A stretch of 64,000 nucleotides of DNA. Source: Lytechinus pictus. Lineage: Eukaryota. How positions within the stretch are numbered: position 1 is the first letter of the stretch; every line of letters begins with the position of its first letter. The DNA lies in NCBI RefSeq assembly GCF_037042905.1, contig NW_026974141.1, positions 15,128,001 to 15,192,000 of the forward strand. The letters are read 5' to 3'. Below are positions 12,925-24,417 of the stretch, piece after piece. Position numbers and translations under genes: made by a program. A model generated the notes under the pieces. It was not told the origin of the DNA. It made no database searches and was given only the letters and a program-made list of their open reading frames with translations.

Positions 12925-13649
12925 TAGACCAAAAGCTTCGGTCTCTGTTGTGTTATGTTGGTTGTTCCGCTGAACTACGTTGGCTCCACTCACCAAATAC
13001 ATAGACCGAAGTTAAACCGTCGTCTGTACAGGGGCTCAATGGCCACCGCTAATTTCTTGTTTTTCTCCTCGATACCGCGATATTTTCCACCAAAAGTTCA
13101 TACATATGCACCTATAGCTGAAAATGTATAAGTAACGACAGTTTCTTACCCTAAATTCCCGCTTTAAAACTGGCAATCAGGGGATTAACTCTGAAAGTTG
13201 ACACTTGCGACTCGGACTAGTGGGCAGCCATCTTGGTAATGAATAATTCATGAAAAAGTGGCCAATGGTTTTGATACGCGGTTGACCCGGAAGTTCTTCC
13301 AACGGCATATGTTTGTGTGTTATATCGACTTCGGATGAAGGAGTGAACTAGGAGCTACACGACAGCCGAGGTAAGTCGCTGTTTTTTTTCCTTTTCACTT
13401 TATTTTTCCCTCGCTTTTGGCAATTAATGCCAAGAGGGAATATTAATTCGCATATTTGTCCATTTATTTTCATATAGGCCTATATTTATGAAATAAAGAC
13501 AAAAATCGATGAGCCCCGTCGGGGGGAATTTGCATTGTACCTCCCCTAATGGTGGCAACACGCTAGCGAGCTGTCTGTGTATGAGGAGAAATTAAAAAAA
13601 TTAAAAAATGTTGAAAAACTCCTCGAAACAGACGGCTGCCAGCTGTCTA
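12925..13649 (+). mobile_element. TAG...CTA non-autonomous DNA element, long subfamily (unit 1)
   Basis: Termini TAGAC...GTCTA; flanked by GCTCCATGC at 12916-12924 and 13650-13658. Confidence 0.85.
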
Positions 13650-13658
13650 GCTCCATGC

Positions 13659-14106
13659 TAGACCAAAAGCTTCGGTCTCTGTTATGTTGGTTGTTCAGCT
13701 GAACTCCGTTGGCTTCACTCACCAAATACAGAGACCGAAGTTCTAGCGCGATCTGTACAGGGGACTCAATGGCAATATGTTTATGTACTTAAGATCGGAT
13801 AAAACGGGGAAGTGAATTTGCGCGACAGCCGAGGTAAGTCACTGTTTTTGTTCCTTTTAACTTGATTTTTCTCCGTTTTTTGGCAATTAATGCCAAGAGG
13901 GAATATTAATTTGCATTTTGGTCGCGTTAATTTTCAAAATTTTTATCCATTAAAGACAAAAATTGAATAGCCCCGACGGGGGGATTTTGCATTGCAAGTC
14001 CCCTAATGGTGGCTGCACGCTAGCGAGCCGTCTGTGTATGAGGAGAAATTTAAAAAACAAAAAAATGTTAAAAAACTCCTCGAAACAGACGGCTGCCAGC
14101 TGTCTA
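13659..14106 (+). mobile_element. TAG...CTA element, short subfamily (unit 2)
   Basis: Same termini, 448 bp; followed by GCTC and then the LINE tail. Confidence 0.85.
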
Positions 14107-14110
14107 GCTC

Positions 14111-14936
14111 TTCTTCTTCTTCTTCTTCTTTGTAGTCTGCTTCCTTCAATCCTGAAGATTCTTGCAGAACTTGGTGAAGTGTGTGTCACAAGGGTAAAGT
14201 GCATGTGCCAAATATATACATGGTGCGAGTAAAAACAGGTATGGATCTAGCTGTTGTTGCCTTTCGTCAGTTGCAGACGAAAGGCTTCGGTTGATGGGGC
14301 TGTCACAACATTTACTGGGAGAGTGTTCCACATCTTGATGGTTCTGGGGAAGAAGGAGCATTGATGTTGTTGGGTCCGTGATTGTGGCATGAGATATCCT
14401 TGAATGTGAACAGCTCTTGTTGATCTAGTACATTTGGTGATGTATGCATCAGAGTTGAATGGGACAAGCTCGTTGTGGATCTTGTAGAACATCACAAGGC
14501 GAGAGATTTCCCGTCGTTGTTGAAGGGATGTCCATCCTAGCTCCTGCAGCATCGATGACACACTTGATGTATTGTGATATCGATTCAGTGTGAATCTAGC
14601 TGCTCTGCGTTGGATCATTTCAAGCTTGTGGATGTTCTTGGAGGTTGATGGATCCCAGACAGTAGATGCATATTCCACCAAAGGTCTGACGAGTGATTGG
14701 TATGCTGTAGCTTTCAACTTGGGAGAGTTTACTCGCAGGTTTCTTCGTAGGAAGGCAAGGGTGTTGTTAGCCTTTTGACAAACATTGCTGATGTGACTGT
14801 TCCATTTTAGGTCTGATGTGATAGTGACACCAAGATATTTTGTTGCTTCTACAGGAGTAAGGATAGCATCTTTGAGTTTGTACTGGTGTACAATCCTGTT
14901 TCGCTTCCTGGTGACTGTGATGACTTCACAGTCCAG
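14111..14936 (-). mobile_element. 5'-truncated LINE (CR1/L2-group) ORF2 C-terminus with 3' UTR and (GAA)n tail
   Basis: Uninterrupted frame 14930 to 14247: KYLGVTITSDLKWNSHI...YQSLVRPLVEYASTVWDP...LEMIQRRAARF...FFPRTIKMWNTLP; AGCTC duplicated at the ends. Confidence 0.9.
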
Positions 14937-14946
14937 AGCTCCATGC

Positions 14947-15390
14947 TAGACAGCTGGCAGCCGTCTGTTTCGAGGAGTTTTTAACATTTTTTTTTTTAAT
15001 TTCTCCTCGTACACAGACGGCTCGCTATCGTGCAGCCACCATTAGGGGACTTACAATGCAAAATCCCCCCGTCGGGGCTCTTCAATTTTTGTCTTTTAAT
15101 GAATCAAACTTTTGAAAATTATCGCGACCGAAATGCAAATTAATATTCCCTCTTGGCATTAATTGCCAAAAAACGGGGAAAATCAAGTTAAAAGGAACAA
15201 AAACAATGACTTACCTCGGCTGTCGCGCAACTTCACTGCCCTGTTTTATCCGAACTTAATACACATAAACATATGGCCATTGAGTCCCCTGTACAGATCG
15301 CGCTAGAACTTCGGTCTCTGTATTTGGTGAGTGTAGCCAACGGAGTTCAGCTGAACAACCAACATAACAGAGACCGAAGCTTTTGGTCTA
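14947..15390 (-). mobile_element. TAG...CTA element, short subfamily, inverted (unit 3)
   Basis: Reverse-complement homologue of unit 2; GCTCCATGC at 14938-14946 and 15391-15399. Confidence 0.85.
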
Positions 15391-15859
15391 GCTCCATGCC
15401 TGCTTCGACATCAAGCAAAATCATCGATATAAAGTACCAGAAAGACAGAGAGGAAATGAAATTGGCTTAATATCGTTTGGTAAGTTTCATATCCAAAGCT
15501 TATCTCAATTTAAATAGGTATCTATTTCTAATTTTAGACAAGACGAATAAACTTATTGCAAGTGCCGTGCCAGTGGTTATCTTGTGCACGGCACATGGGC
15601 TATTATAATTCAAACTCACTTGCCTGATCAGGCAAACATTATTTCAATAAATTCTAACATTAATAAAAAAAATAGAATTTTTACTTGGGAACAACTGCAG
15701 AATACCCGGACACTGCGTTACCTTATCGTTGGAGAGCCAACGCACAACGATGTACTTAAGCTATCAAATCAGAAAATCAGCTATAATAAATAATTGAATG
15801 ATTTACAACTTACAAGTATTTTTTGAATAGATTCTAAGTGTTCAGACTGCACTGTAACG

Positions 15860-17559
15860 CTAACGATGCGAGCGCGCGCGATTAGTATGTAGACCAACAG
15901 TGTCCGCGATGCCAACGATGTGTATATTTTCGTAGTACGTGTAGGCCAACACAGTCCGCGATGCTAGCGGTGCGTTGGTGTCCGTAGTACAGGCCAACAC
16001 TGCCCGCGATGCCAACGATCTATATATATATCTGTGTGCATCTGTAGTATGTAGGCCGACATTGCCCGCGATGCCAACGATGTGTATATTTTCGTAGTAC
16101 GTGTAGGCCAACACAGTCCGCGATGGTAGCGGTGTGTTGGTGTCTGTAGTCGGTACAGGCCAACACTGCCCTCGATGCCAACGATCTATATCTGTGTTCT
16201 GTAGTATGTAGACCAACAGTGTCCGCGATGCCAACGATGTGTATATTTCCGTAGTATGTGTAGACCAACATTGCCCGCGATGCCAACGATGTGTTGGTGT
16301 CTGTAGTACAGGCCACCATTGGGCAAAATCATATTGAGGTATGATCGATTACAATTTTTTTCTCGAGCGGGGCCTATATCACGAGTATGCCCAACATTGC
16401 CCTCGATGCCAACGATGCGATCATATCTGTAGTACGTTGCCTATGTAAACCAACATTGCCCGCCATGGCAACGATGTGTTGGTGTCTGTAGTACATGCCA
16501 ACAGTGCCCGCGATGCCAACGATGCGATCATATCTGTAGTTTCCTATGTAGACCAACATTGCCCGCGATGCCAACGATACGTTGGTGTCTGTACTGTAGA
16601 GTACAGGCTAACATTGCCCTCGATGCCAACGATGTGAATGTATCTTTAGCAGGTATATATAGGCCAACAACGCCCGCGATGCCAACGATGTGTTGGTGCC
16701 TGTAGTAGTAAATGCCAACAGTGCCAACGATGCCAACAATGTAAATGTATCTTTAGTACGTATAGGCCAACAGCGCCGGCCAGGATGCCAACGATGTGTT
16801 GGTGTCTGTAGTATAGGCCAACCTTGCCCGCGATGCCAACGATGTGAATGTATCTTTTGTATGTATAGGCCAACAGCGCCCGCGATGCCAACGATGTGTT
16901 GGTGCCTGTAGTAGATGCCAACAGTGCCAACGATGCCAACAATGTAAATGTATCTTTAGTACGTATAGGCCAACAGCGCCGGCCAGGATGCCAACGATGT
17001 GTTGGTGTCTGTAGTACAGGCCAACCTTGCCATCGATGCCAACGATGTGAATGTATCTTTAGTAAGTATAGGCCAACTTTGCCGGCGATGCCAACGATGT
17101 GAACGTATGTTTAGTATGTATATACCAACAGCGCCCGCGATGCCAACGATGTGTTGGTGCCTGTAGTAGATGCCAACAGTGCCAACGATGTGAATGTATC
17201 TTACATAGGCCAACATTGCCGGCGATGCCAACGATGTGAATATGCCTGTAGTAGAGGCCAACATTGCCGCGATGCCAACGATGTGAATATGCCTGTAGTA
17301 GAGGCCAACATTGCCGGCGATGCCAACGATGTGAATGTATCTTTAGTAAGTATAGGCCAACTTTGCCGGCGATGCCAACGATGTGAATGTATGTTTAGTA
17401 TGTATATACCAACAGCGCCCGCGATGCCAACGATGTGTTGGTGCCTGTAGTAGATGCCAACAGTGCCAACGATGTGAATGTATCTTACATAGGCCAACAT
17501 TGCCGGCGATGCCAACGATGTGAATATGCCTGTTGTAGAGGCCAACATTGCCGGCGATG
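15860..17559. repeat. Complex minisatellite on a GCCAAC...GATGCCAACGATGT core with higher-order repeats
   Basis: Dozens of 40-50 bp subunits; higher-order periods of 206 bp (16690/16896) and 284 bp (17151/17435); runs into an N gap. Confidence 0.95.
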
Positions 17560-17814
17560 NNNNNNNNNNNNNNNNNNNNNNNNNNNNNNNNNNNNNNNNN
17601 NNNNNNNNNNNNNNNNNNNNNNNNNNNNNNNNNNNNNNNNNNNNNNNNNNNNNNNNNNNNNNNNNNNNNNNNNNNNNNNNNNNNNNNNNNNNNNNNNNNN
17701 NNNNNNNNNNNNNNNNNNNNNNNNNNNNNNNNNNNNNNNNNNNNNNNNNNNNNNNNNNNNNNNNNNNNNNNNNNNNNNNNNNNNNNNNNNNNNNNNNNNN
17801 NNNNNNNNNNNNNN
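17560..17814. other. Assembly gap
   Basis: Run of N. Confidence 1.
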
Positions 17815-19676
17815 ATTGAATTCAATTCCCATTGAATTCCTTCAATGGGAATTAAAACTTTATTTCATATTTTAATGAAGAAAAAATGAAAATATTTCAT
17901 GTATAAAAAATACAAAAGAAATAGAGAGTGAATGACATCGATCACCTCACTAACCAGGATATGCATATATTAAACTGTTTTGTGAAACCATACTTTGAAA
18001 CGCTTGCCAACGATGTTTTGAATGTTGCATTGCACGGTCACATCGTGGGTCGTTGGTTAGCCCATGGACCTATAGGTCCATGGTTAGCCAACGATGTTTT
18101 AAATGTTACATGGCACCGTCACATCGTTGGTCGTTGGCTAGCGATGTTTTGAATATTATATTGCACCGTCCGTACTGTCACAACGTGGGTCGTTGGCTAG
18201 CAGCGCACCCAACGATGTTTAATTATAGCTCTAGTAGTAGTCAAAGGGCAAAGGTCATTACGTATGGCCTGGATGCATTGCTCGTACGTACCGTCATACG
18301 TACGTACGTACGTAGTATAGTAGTAGTAGTAGTACCAGTAATGCATGTACGTATATAATAGTATGGATATATCTAGGCTATATACCATTGAATTAGTATT
18401 ATAGCTATAGGTCTTGACATCGTTGTGTTGGCTGACCAACGATTGGGTAGTGAGCAGTGTCGGGGTATTCTGCAGTTAAGCCTTTACTTGTTTAATTTAA
18501 ATTTTAATAGGCCTAGGGGGCCTAGGCCCTAATTCATTTTCAGAAAATCAGCACAATTCACAACACACTGTCACTGAATTCCTTTTTGATCAATCAAACA
18601 GAAACTAAAAAACAAACATTAGATTTCCTAAAGACTGGGGTTGCATTCAAATTATATTTAAAAAAATGATGGAATACAAACCAGTGAAGCTATGACTATT
18701 GTTGTTGTTGTTCGTTTTGGGCCTGTTTCACGCCCTGTGAAGCTAGAATATTTAGGTCGTTACCACTACAGCGCATGTAATTCTTACGCACACATACCCG
18801 ATGGTACTATGATCACGATTCTGTGTCAAAGTCGTTCGAATTACACAAAAACTAAATCGCTCGCCCCGATGAAGCACATTCATTGGGCGAGGTAATTTGA
18901 GACGGTCGATCGTCGACGAAGCTATTTCATTGGTTTTTGTTTAATCTTATACTGCATAATTACCTATTGAAGCAAGTCAATCTTCTTGGCATCGATACAA
19001 ACAATTTCCTTTGGGCTTTGGATACTCTTCCACTTCCAGTAATAATAAAAGTTAGCTGAGCTGAAGTCGCCAGTCCAGTCGTCGGGATCGTACGGGAGAT
19101 GATTCAGAATCACGAAGAAAACATCACACTGTACTGGGATAAAAATAGCCTATGAATGATCATAACTGAATTTCCCGACCGAAAAAATATCAGGGTATGG
19201 TAGCTTTGAAAGGGGGAGGGGCGCAACCTTTCGGATGGTGACGTTAAAGGTCGGTCCAGACGTAAATAATCATATCTGATTGATAAACGTCTGACAAAAC
19301 TCAAATACACAAACAAACCACTGATGAGCCTGACCATGGTCAGTTAAGAGGGGGGTGGGGTGGCACGAGGTGTCAGGTGGTGGTTGGGTGGGGCCCGGCA
19401 GGCACTGATCTGTGGGGAGCATTAAATTTTGATCGAATTCATCATTCAAATACACATAAATTAAATATTTTTCTCGCGCTTCATAATAGTATGACAAAAA
19501 AAGAGTAAATCTGCTCTCCTTAAGTGCTTACAAAAATATAAAGGGGATATTTTTGAGAAAAAATAACATGTTTCAGCTTAAAGAGGACCATAAATTACTA
19601 TTAAGGTTGCGAGTTTGAACGATTTTATTATTCCCCCGTACCGTATGCCTATCTGACATTTTTGTTTCATAAGAAG

Positions 19677-20828
19677 CAGGGGCGTCGATCCATTTTTCAG
19701 ATTGGGGGGGGGGGCAAAATCATGAATCGTTCTAAAGGCGCTCGATCACACCGAACAAACTCACCCACACACATACACACACACAGGCCTAATTATATAT
19801 ATATATATGAGAAAGAGACTCGGACACATATCTCACCAACAAATTAATGCGAGCGCTAAGCGTGAGCTGAAATTTGTTAGAATGCTGACCTGAAAACAGG
19901 AATGGTACCTGTTTAGGACTGTTTGTAGCAGTAACTCATGTGGAGGATACATATCTCACTACACAGATAATGCGAGTACTGAGAGCGAGCTCAACTTTCT
20001 TTATATTCTGACCTGAAAGATTCATTTTTGGTACTAATAATGACAATAATAATAGCTAGATTTATAAAGCGCTTTTTGCCTGAGGATACAAAGCGCTGCT
20101 ACTATTACCCCGGCTTTAGCTCGAGCTACCATCACCGGCGCTCAGTGCATGCAAGGAATTACTCCTGCCGGGTACCCATTCACCTCACCTGGGTCGAGTA
20201 CAGCACAGTGTGGATACATTTCTTGCTAAAGGAAAACACGCCATGGCTGGGATTCGGACCCACGACCCTCTGTTTCAAAGGCGAGAGTCCGAACCACTAG
20301 ACCACGATGCACCCACTAATGATTAGGATGGGTATCTAAAATAACAATAGATGCGAGCGCGAAGCGCGAGCTGAAAATTTTGATATTTCGATCAGAAAAA
20401 ATTGACAGGTTAATGGACGTTTTTAATAAAGAACAAGATATATATTCAACAAAAGATTATTGCAAATCGGAGCGGGAGTTCTTTTTAGGTTTAGGACCGA
20501 GAACGGGACATTCTGTTCACCTTTAATTAATCATGAAAAGTATGGGTTTTGGTACATAAATGATGCGAGCGCGAAGCGCGAGCTGAAAATTTTTATATTC
20601 CAATCTGAAAAACGGACATTTTGAGCACGATTTTAAATAAAGAACGAGTTGTGTATTTCAATCTCGCTTGCTGATTTCTGTGTAACACTGCAATCTTATT
20701 TTATTTTTGCACATGCATGCGGAATTATTGGGGGGGGGGGGGGCGCAAAACGATATGTTTGCCCCCCCCAATATTTTAATTGGTGGGGCGATCGCCCCCC
20801 CCCCTGCCCCCCAGGATCGACGCCTCTG
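19677..20828. mobile_element. CAG...CTG (hAT-like) non-autonomous element with GCGAGCGCGAAGCGCGAGC subrepeats
   Basis: TIR CAGGGGCGTCGATCC / GGATCGACGCCTCTG; contains a nested SINE. Confidence 0.8.
20040..20314 (-). mobile_element. tRNA-derived SINE
   Basis: Pol III A box TGGTCTAGTGG and a B-box-like sequence on the minus strand, central ACTCGACCCAGGTGAGGTGAATGGGTACC, (TAT)n tail; homologous to 51049-51330. Confidence 0.9.
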
Positions 20829-23227
20829 AGAAGAGGAAGGACCCCTTGCAAAGCTTTACTAAAATTGATTCCTATTTAGGCGTATTGCTGCATTTTCCAT
20901 TTGATTCGTACGTTTTTGTAAAATGTCGCGAGTTTGAACAATTTTATTATCCCCCCGTACCGTATGCCTGTCTGACATTTTTGTTTTATAAGAAGGACCC
21001 CTTGCAAGCTTAACTAAAATTGATTCCTATTTAGGCGTATTGCTGCATTTTCCATTTGTTTCGTACGTTTTTGTAAAATTTTCCCCCTTTTTCATAAGTG
21101 TTTCATTATACGTAGGCCTACAGATTAATTTCCGATTGTGAGAACATGATACTGTGATTTCCATGTATGCTGTTTTCTTGTGATTTGAACCTGTTGAAAG
21201 TCGGTTCTTTCATATGGACCATGGTTCACTTTATCCCATGATGATCATACCCACTGAAACTTGTTGCAGGTCTGAAACGATAGAGCCCCCCCCCCCCTGG
21301 CCCTATATCCACTCTCACATGAGGGGGGGGGGGTATATTGGTTTGATTGAACGCAAAAAAAAAAAATAATAATAACTATTGGACAAGGTCCAAAACCAAC
21401 GAATAAAGAACTAAATAAAATGAGTTTTTATTATTTTGTGACGTCAGAGACGATCGAGTAGTCCCTCGATGTGAGATTGAAAAATAAAGGCATTCCTCGG
21501 TGGAGATCATCAAAAACATCATTTTCTATCCCTTTCTATAATAAAATATTAATATGTTCCATTAAAAAAATGGAATGTATTAAATGAATACACGATTTGT
21601 AATTAGGGGAGTTGTCACAAATTAAACATTTTGAAAATCGTATCTTTTTTTATTCTTAGATGGATTCTTTCAAACCTTCACCAACATTTTGCCCCGTTTT
21701 CTGTTTTATTGAACCAATTAATCAACCTATTGTCAGGTTAAATTTCCCCTTTGATAAATTGGTTTATTGTCTTTAGTAAAGACTTTTGAAATAGAGGAAC
21801 TAATTATATCTTTCTGTAATATGACAATACTTATAAACAGCATGATCTTCATTAACTTCATTATCACAACATATTGTCGCGGGGGGGGGGGTGGGGGGGA
21901 GATGGGGGTTAAAAGAAAATCATCCACATGTTTCTCTGATCGGCTCTATGATGATCTAAATAAAAGCTATAAGCCGTTTGTGGGAATTCGTAACCAGTGA
22001 AGGTATTCGTAATTTTATATTCAGTCTAATTTTTTTTCAATTATTTCTCACCCTCCCCCACCCCCATCCCCTTCTCATTTTCCTTTTCGGAATTTAGATT
22101 TTGTTTATGTTTTCACCTCTTCTCTGTATTTAGTTTTTCTCTTCTTCTTTCTTTTATTTCCACCACAATGGGAAGGGGGAGGGGGCTTCGAGCTGTCCCT
22201 CATGAACTTCCTAAGATGGTTTCGTTGAAAATGAACACCTATTGAGTTGCACTATAGTAAGTTTGATTACAGAAAAAAAAAATTACTTCGACATTTGAAT
22301 GTGTAGAATTTATTTATTTTAATAGGCTTAAAATATACATGGCATGCAAGCAATAGCAAAAAAAACCCAATAATATCACCTGAAAACATTATATATTATT
22401 GCAACATAAACAACAATACAAAAAATGATAAAGCGTGTTGTTGCAGGGCAGAAAGGAACCTCCCATATGAAAGGCAATCTAGGAACGTATTATAAAGATG
22501 GTATAACATGAGACAACAGAATAACCGTTCCACCCCATAAAAATCTACTGCATTTAAAATGCAATCAGATAATTAGTCTATTTCTTAAAAATAACCTAAT
22601 GATATCATGTTAAACCGCCGTTTTAAATTTTAAGCAACGCTGTTTAAGCCGTAATTACTCTTACAACCATTTTTTAATTCTAAATTAACAAGTGGTTCTT
22701 TAAAAAGTTTAAACAATACTTGATAGAGTGACGCGGGCTTGAACATTGTTGGCTAAAATTTACAAGGTGATCCAAACAGCATAAACAATAGGGAATAGTG
22801 ACATTCCCTCAAGAAAATTCTCTATTGCTCTCTAACTCAGTGGAGTAGTGGGCAAAAAAAAATTGAGCGGACTAAATATGGCGTATCGCATAAAAAAAAA
22901 ACTTTTGGGGAGCGAAGCGAGCGAGCAATATTTTCAACATTTTTATTACACAATCAAATTTTGTAATACATTTTGAGATGATATTAAGGAAATGATATTA
23001 TATTTCACCCGTCTCCCTTTCCTCTTCTTTCCCTTTCTCCTTTTTTTTTAGTGGTCGTGAAAGATTCTTTTTTGGGGGCCCCATCCGAACACCACTGTTC
23101 TAAATTTTAATCACTCATTCAGACGTCTTTCTAGTTTTCTCGGGGATTAATATATAACGTGGACTCCAAAAACTTAAAAAAGCACATTGTCTTAATTCCG
23201 TTGCTGATTGATGCTTAGGTTTTGTCT

Positions 23228-23387
23228 CAGTGGCCGCAGAACGATTTTCAAAGTGGGGGGGGGGGGGGGGCTGAGCCAAAAGTGGCGGGACTGACCATGC
23301 AAAAAATCACAATCATATGGTCATTTTTACGTTTTTGTACACGGTTTTGGAAAAAAGTGGGGGGGGGGGCAGCCCCCCCGGTCCCTG
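23228..23387. mobile_element. Short CAG...CTG MITE; inverted sister copy at 29612-29766
   Basis: Shared GACCATGCAAAAAATCACAATCATATGGTCAT core with poly-G arms. Confidence 0.75.
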
Positions 23388-23613
23388 TTTCTCATCATCA
23401 CACAACAAATTTAAATGGCATTATGTTCTAGTTATTATTTTTATCAGTTTATAGTACTCAGTTTCTGATTATTCTGGGCCACAGCCCACTATCTGGAGGC
23501 TGCTCTCCGGGCTTTTACTGAGCAGTAGCTTTCTCCATTACCTTGTAAGATCATGTTACAATATTAAGTTCACTTGTTTACGCACCAAGGTTATCAAGAT
23601 GTACGACACTCAA

Positions 23614-24220
23614 AGGTCAAGTCCACCCCAGAAAAATGTTGATTTGAATAAATAGAGAAAAATCAATCTTGCAAAACGCTGAAAATTTCATCAACATTGG
23701 ATGTAAAATAAGAAAGTTATGACATTTTAAACTTTTGCTTATTTTTCACAAAGCAGTTGATTATGTACAACTCAAATGAGACAGTCGATGATGTCCCTCA
23801 CTCACTATCTCTTTTGTGTTTTATTGTTTGAATTATACAATATTTCATTTTGTTTTTATATATCTGACAATAATTAATGACCAACTTGACTAAATCATAT
23901 AGTATTAATCAATGCTCATTCCACATGTTCAGGGAGGAATTAATCGTTGTTTCACTCGACAATGAGGAGAGAAATAGAATATTCCCTATTTCATATAATA
24001 AAATACAAAAGAAATAGTGAGCGGATGACGCCATCAGTCTCCTCATTTGCATACCAGCCAGTATGTGCCTATATAACTAATTTGTGAATTTAAGCAAAAC
24101 TTTAAAATGTCATAACTTTCTTATTTTACATCCGATTTTGATGAATATTTTCAGTGTCATGCTTGTTGGATTTTTTCTATTTTTATTCAAATAAACTTTT
24201 TTGTTGGGGTGGACTTGTCC
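23614..24220. mobile_element. Kolobok-like MITE just downstream of the TPMT-like stop codon
   Basis: AGGTCAAGTCCACCCC...GGGGTGGACTTGTCC. Confidence 0.8.
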
Positions 24221-24292
24221 CGCCTTTAACCGTAAACGGTATATTGTGAAATTAGATAATAATAATAAAGAAAAGGAAACAAATAAAATGAG

Positions 24293-24417
24293 TTAAACAG
24301 GTGTGAAGGAGATGAGTCGTATTGTATTGATGTATGAGAAAGGTTCCTCCTTATCAACCGCTTTATGATCAGAATCCCAATACTCCTCTGCCAACACCTC
24401 TATATCACATCGTTCTC
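24293..24417 (-). CDS. TPMT: TPMT-like last coding exon
   Basis: cag|GA GAA CGA TGT; encodes ERCDIEVLAEEYWDSDHKAVDKEEPFSYINTIRLISFTPV, TAA stop at 24293-24295. Confidence 0.85.

Noticed and set aside
15860-17559. CRISPR-like array (recurring GATGCCAACGATGT) and many overlapping ORFs
   Set aside because: The intervening sequences are themselves repeated, the context is eukaryotic and there are no cas genes. It is a satellite and the ORFs are repeat artefacts.
17343-17875. ORFs spanning N runs (also 37038-37656)
   Set aside because: Artefacts of assembly gaps.
18966-19150. Minus-strand open frame of about 60 codons (LPYDPDDWTGDF...)
   Set aside because: No recognisable homology and no partner exons found.
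21125-21272. Minus-strand frame with in-frame TGA, considered as a selenocysteine-containing last TPMT exon
   Set aside because: A better, phase-compatible terminal exon exists at 24293-24417; this frame has the wrong phase and no SECIS was identified.
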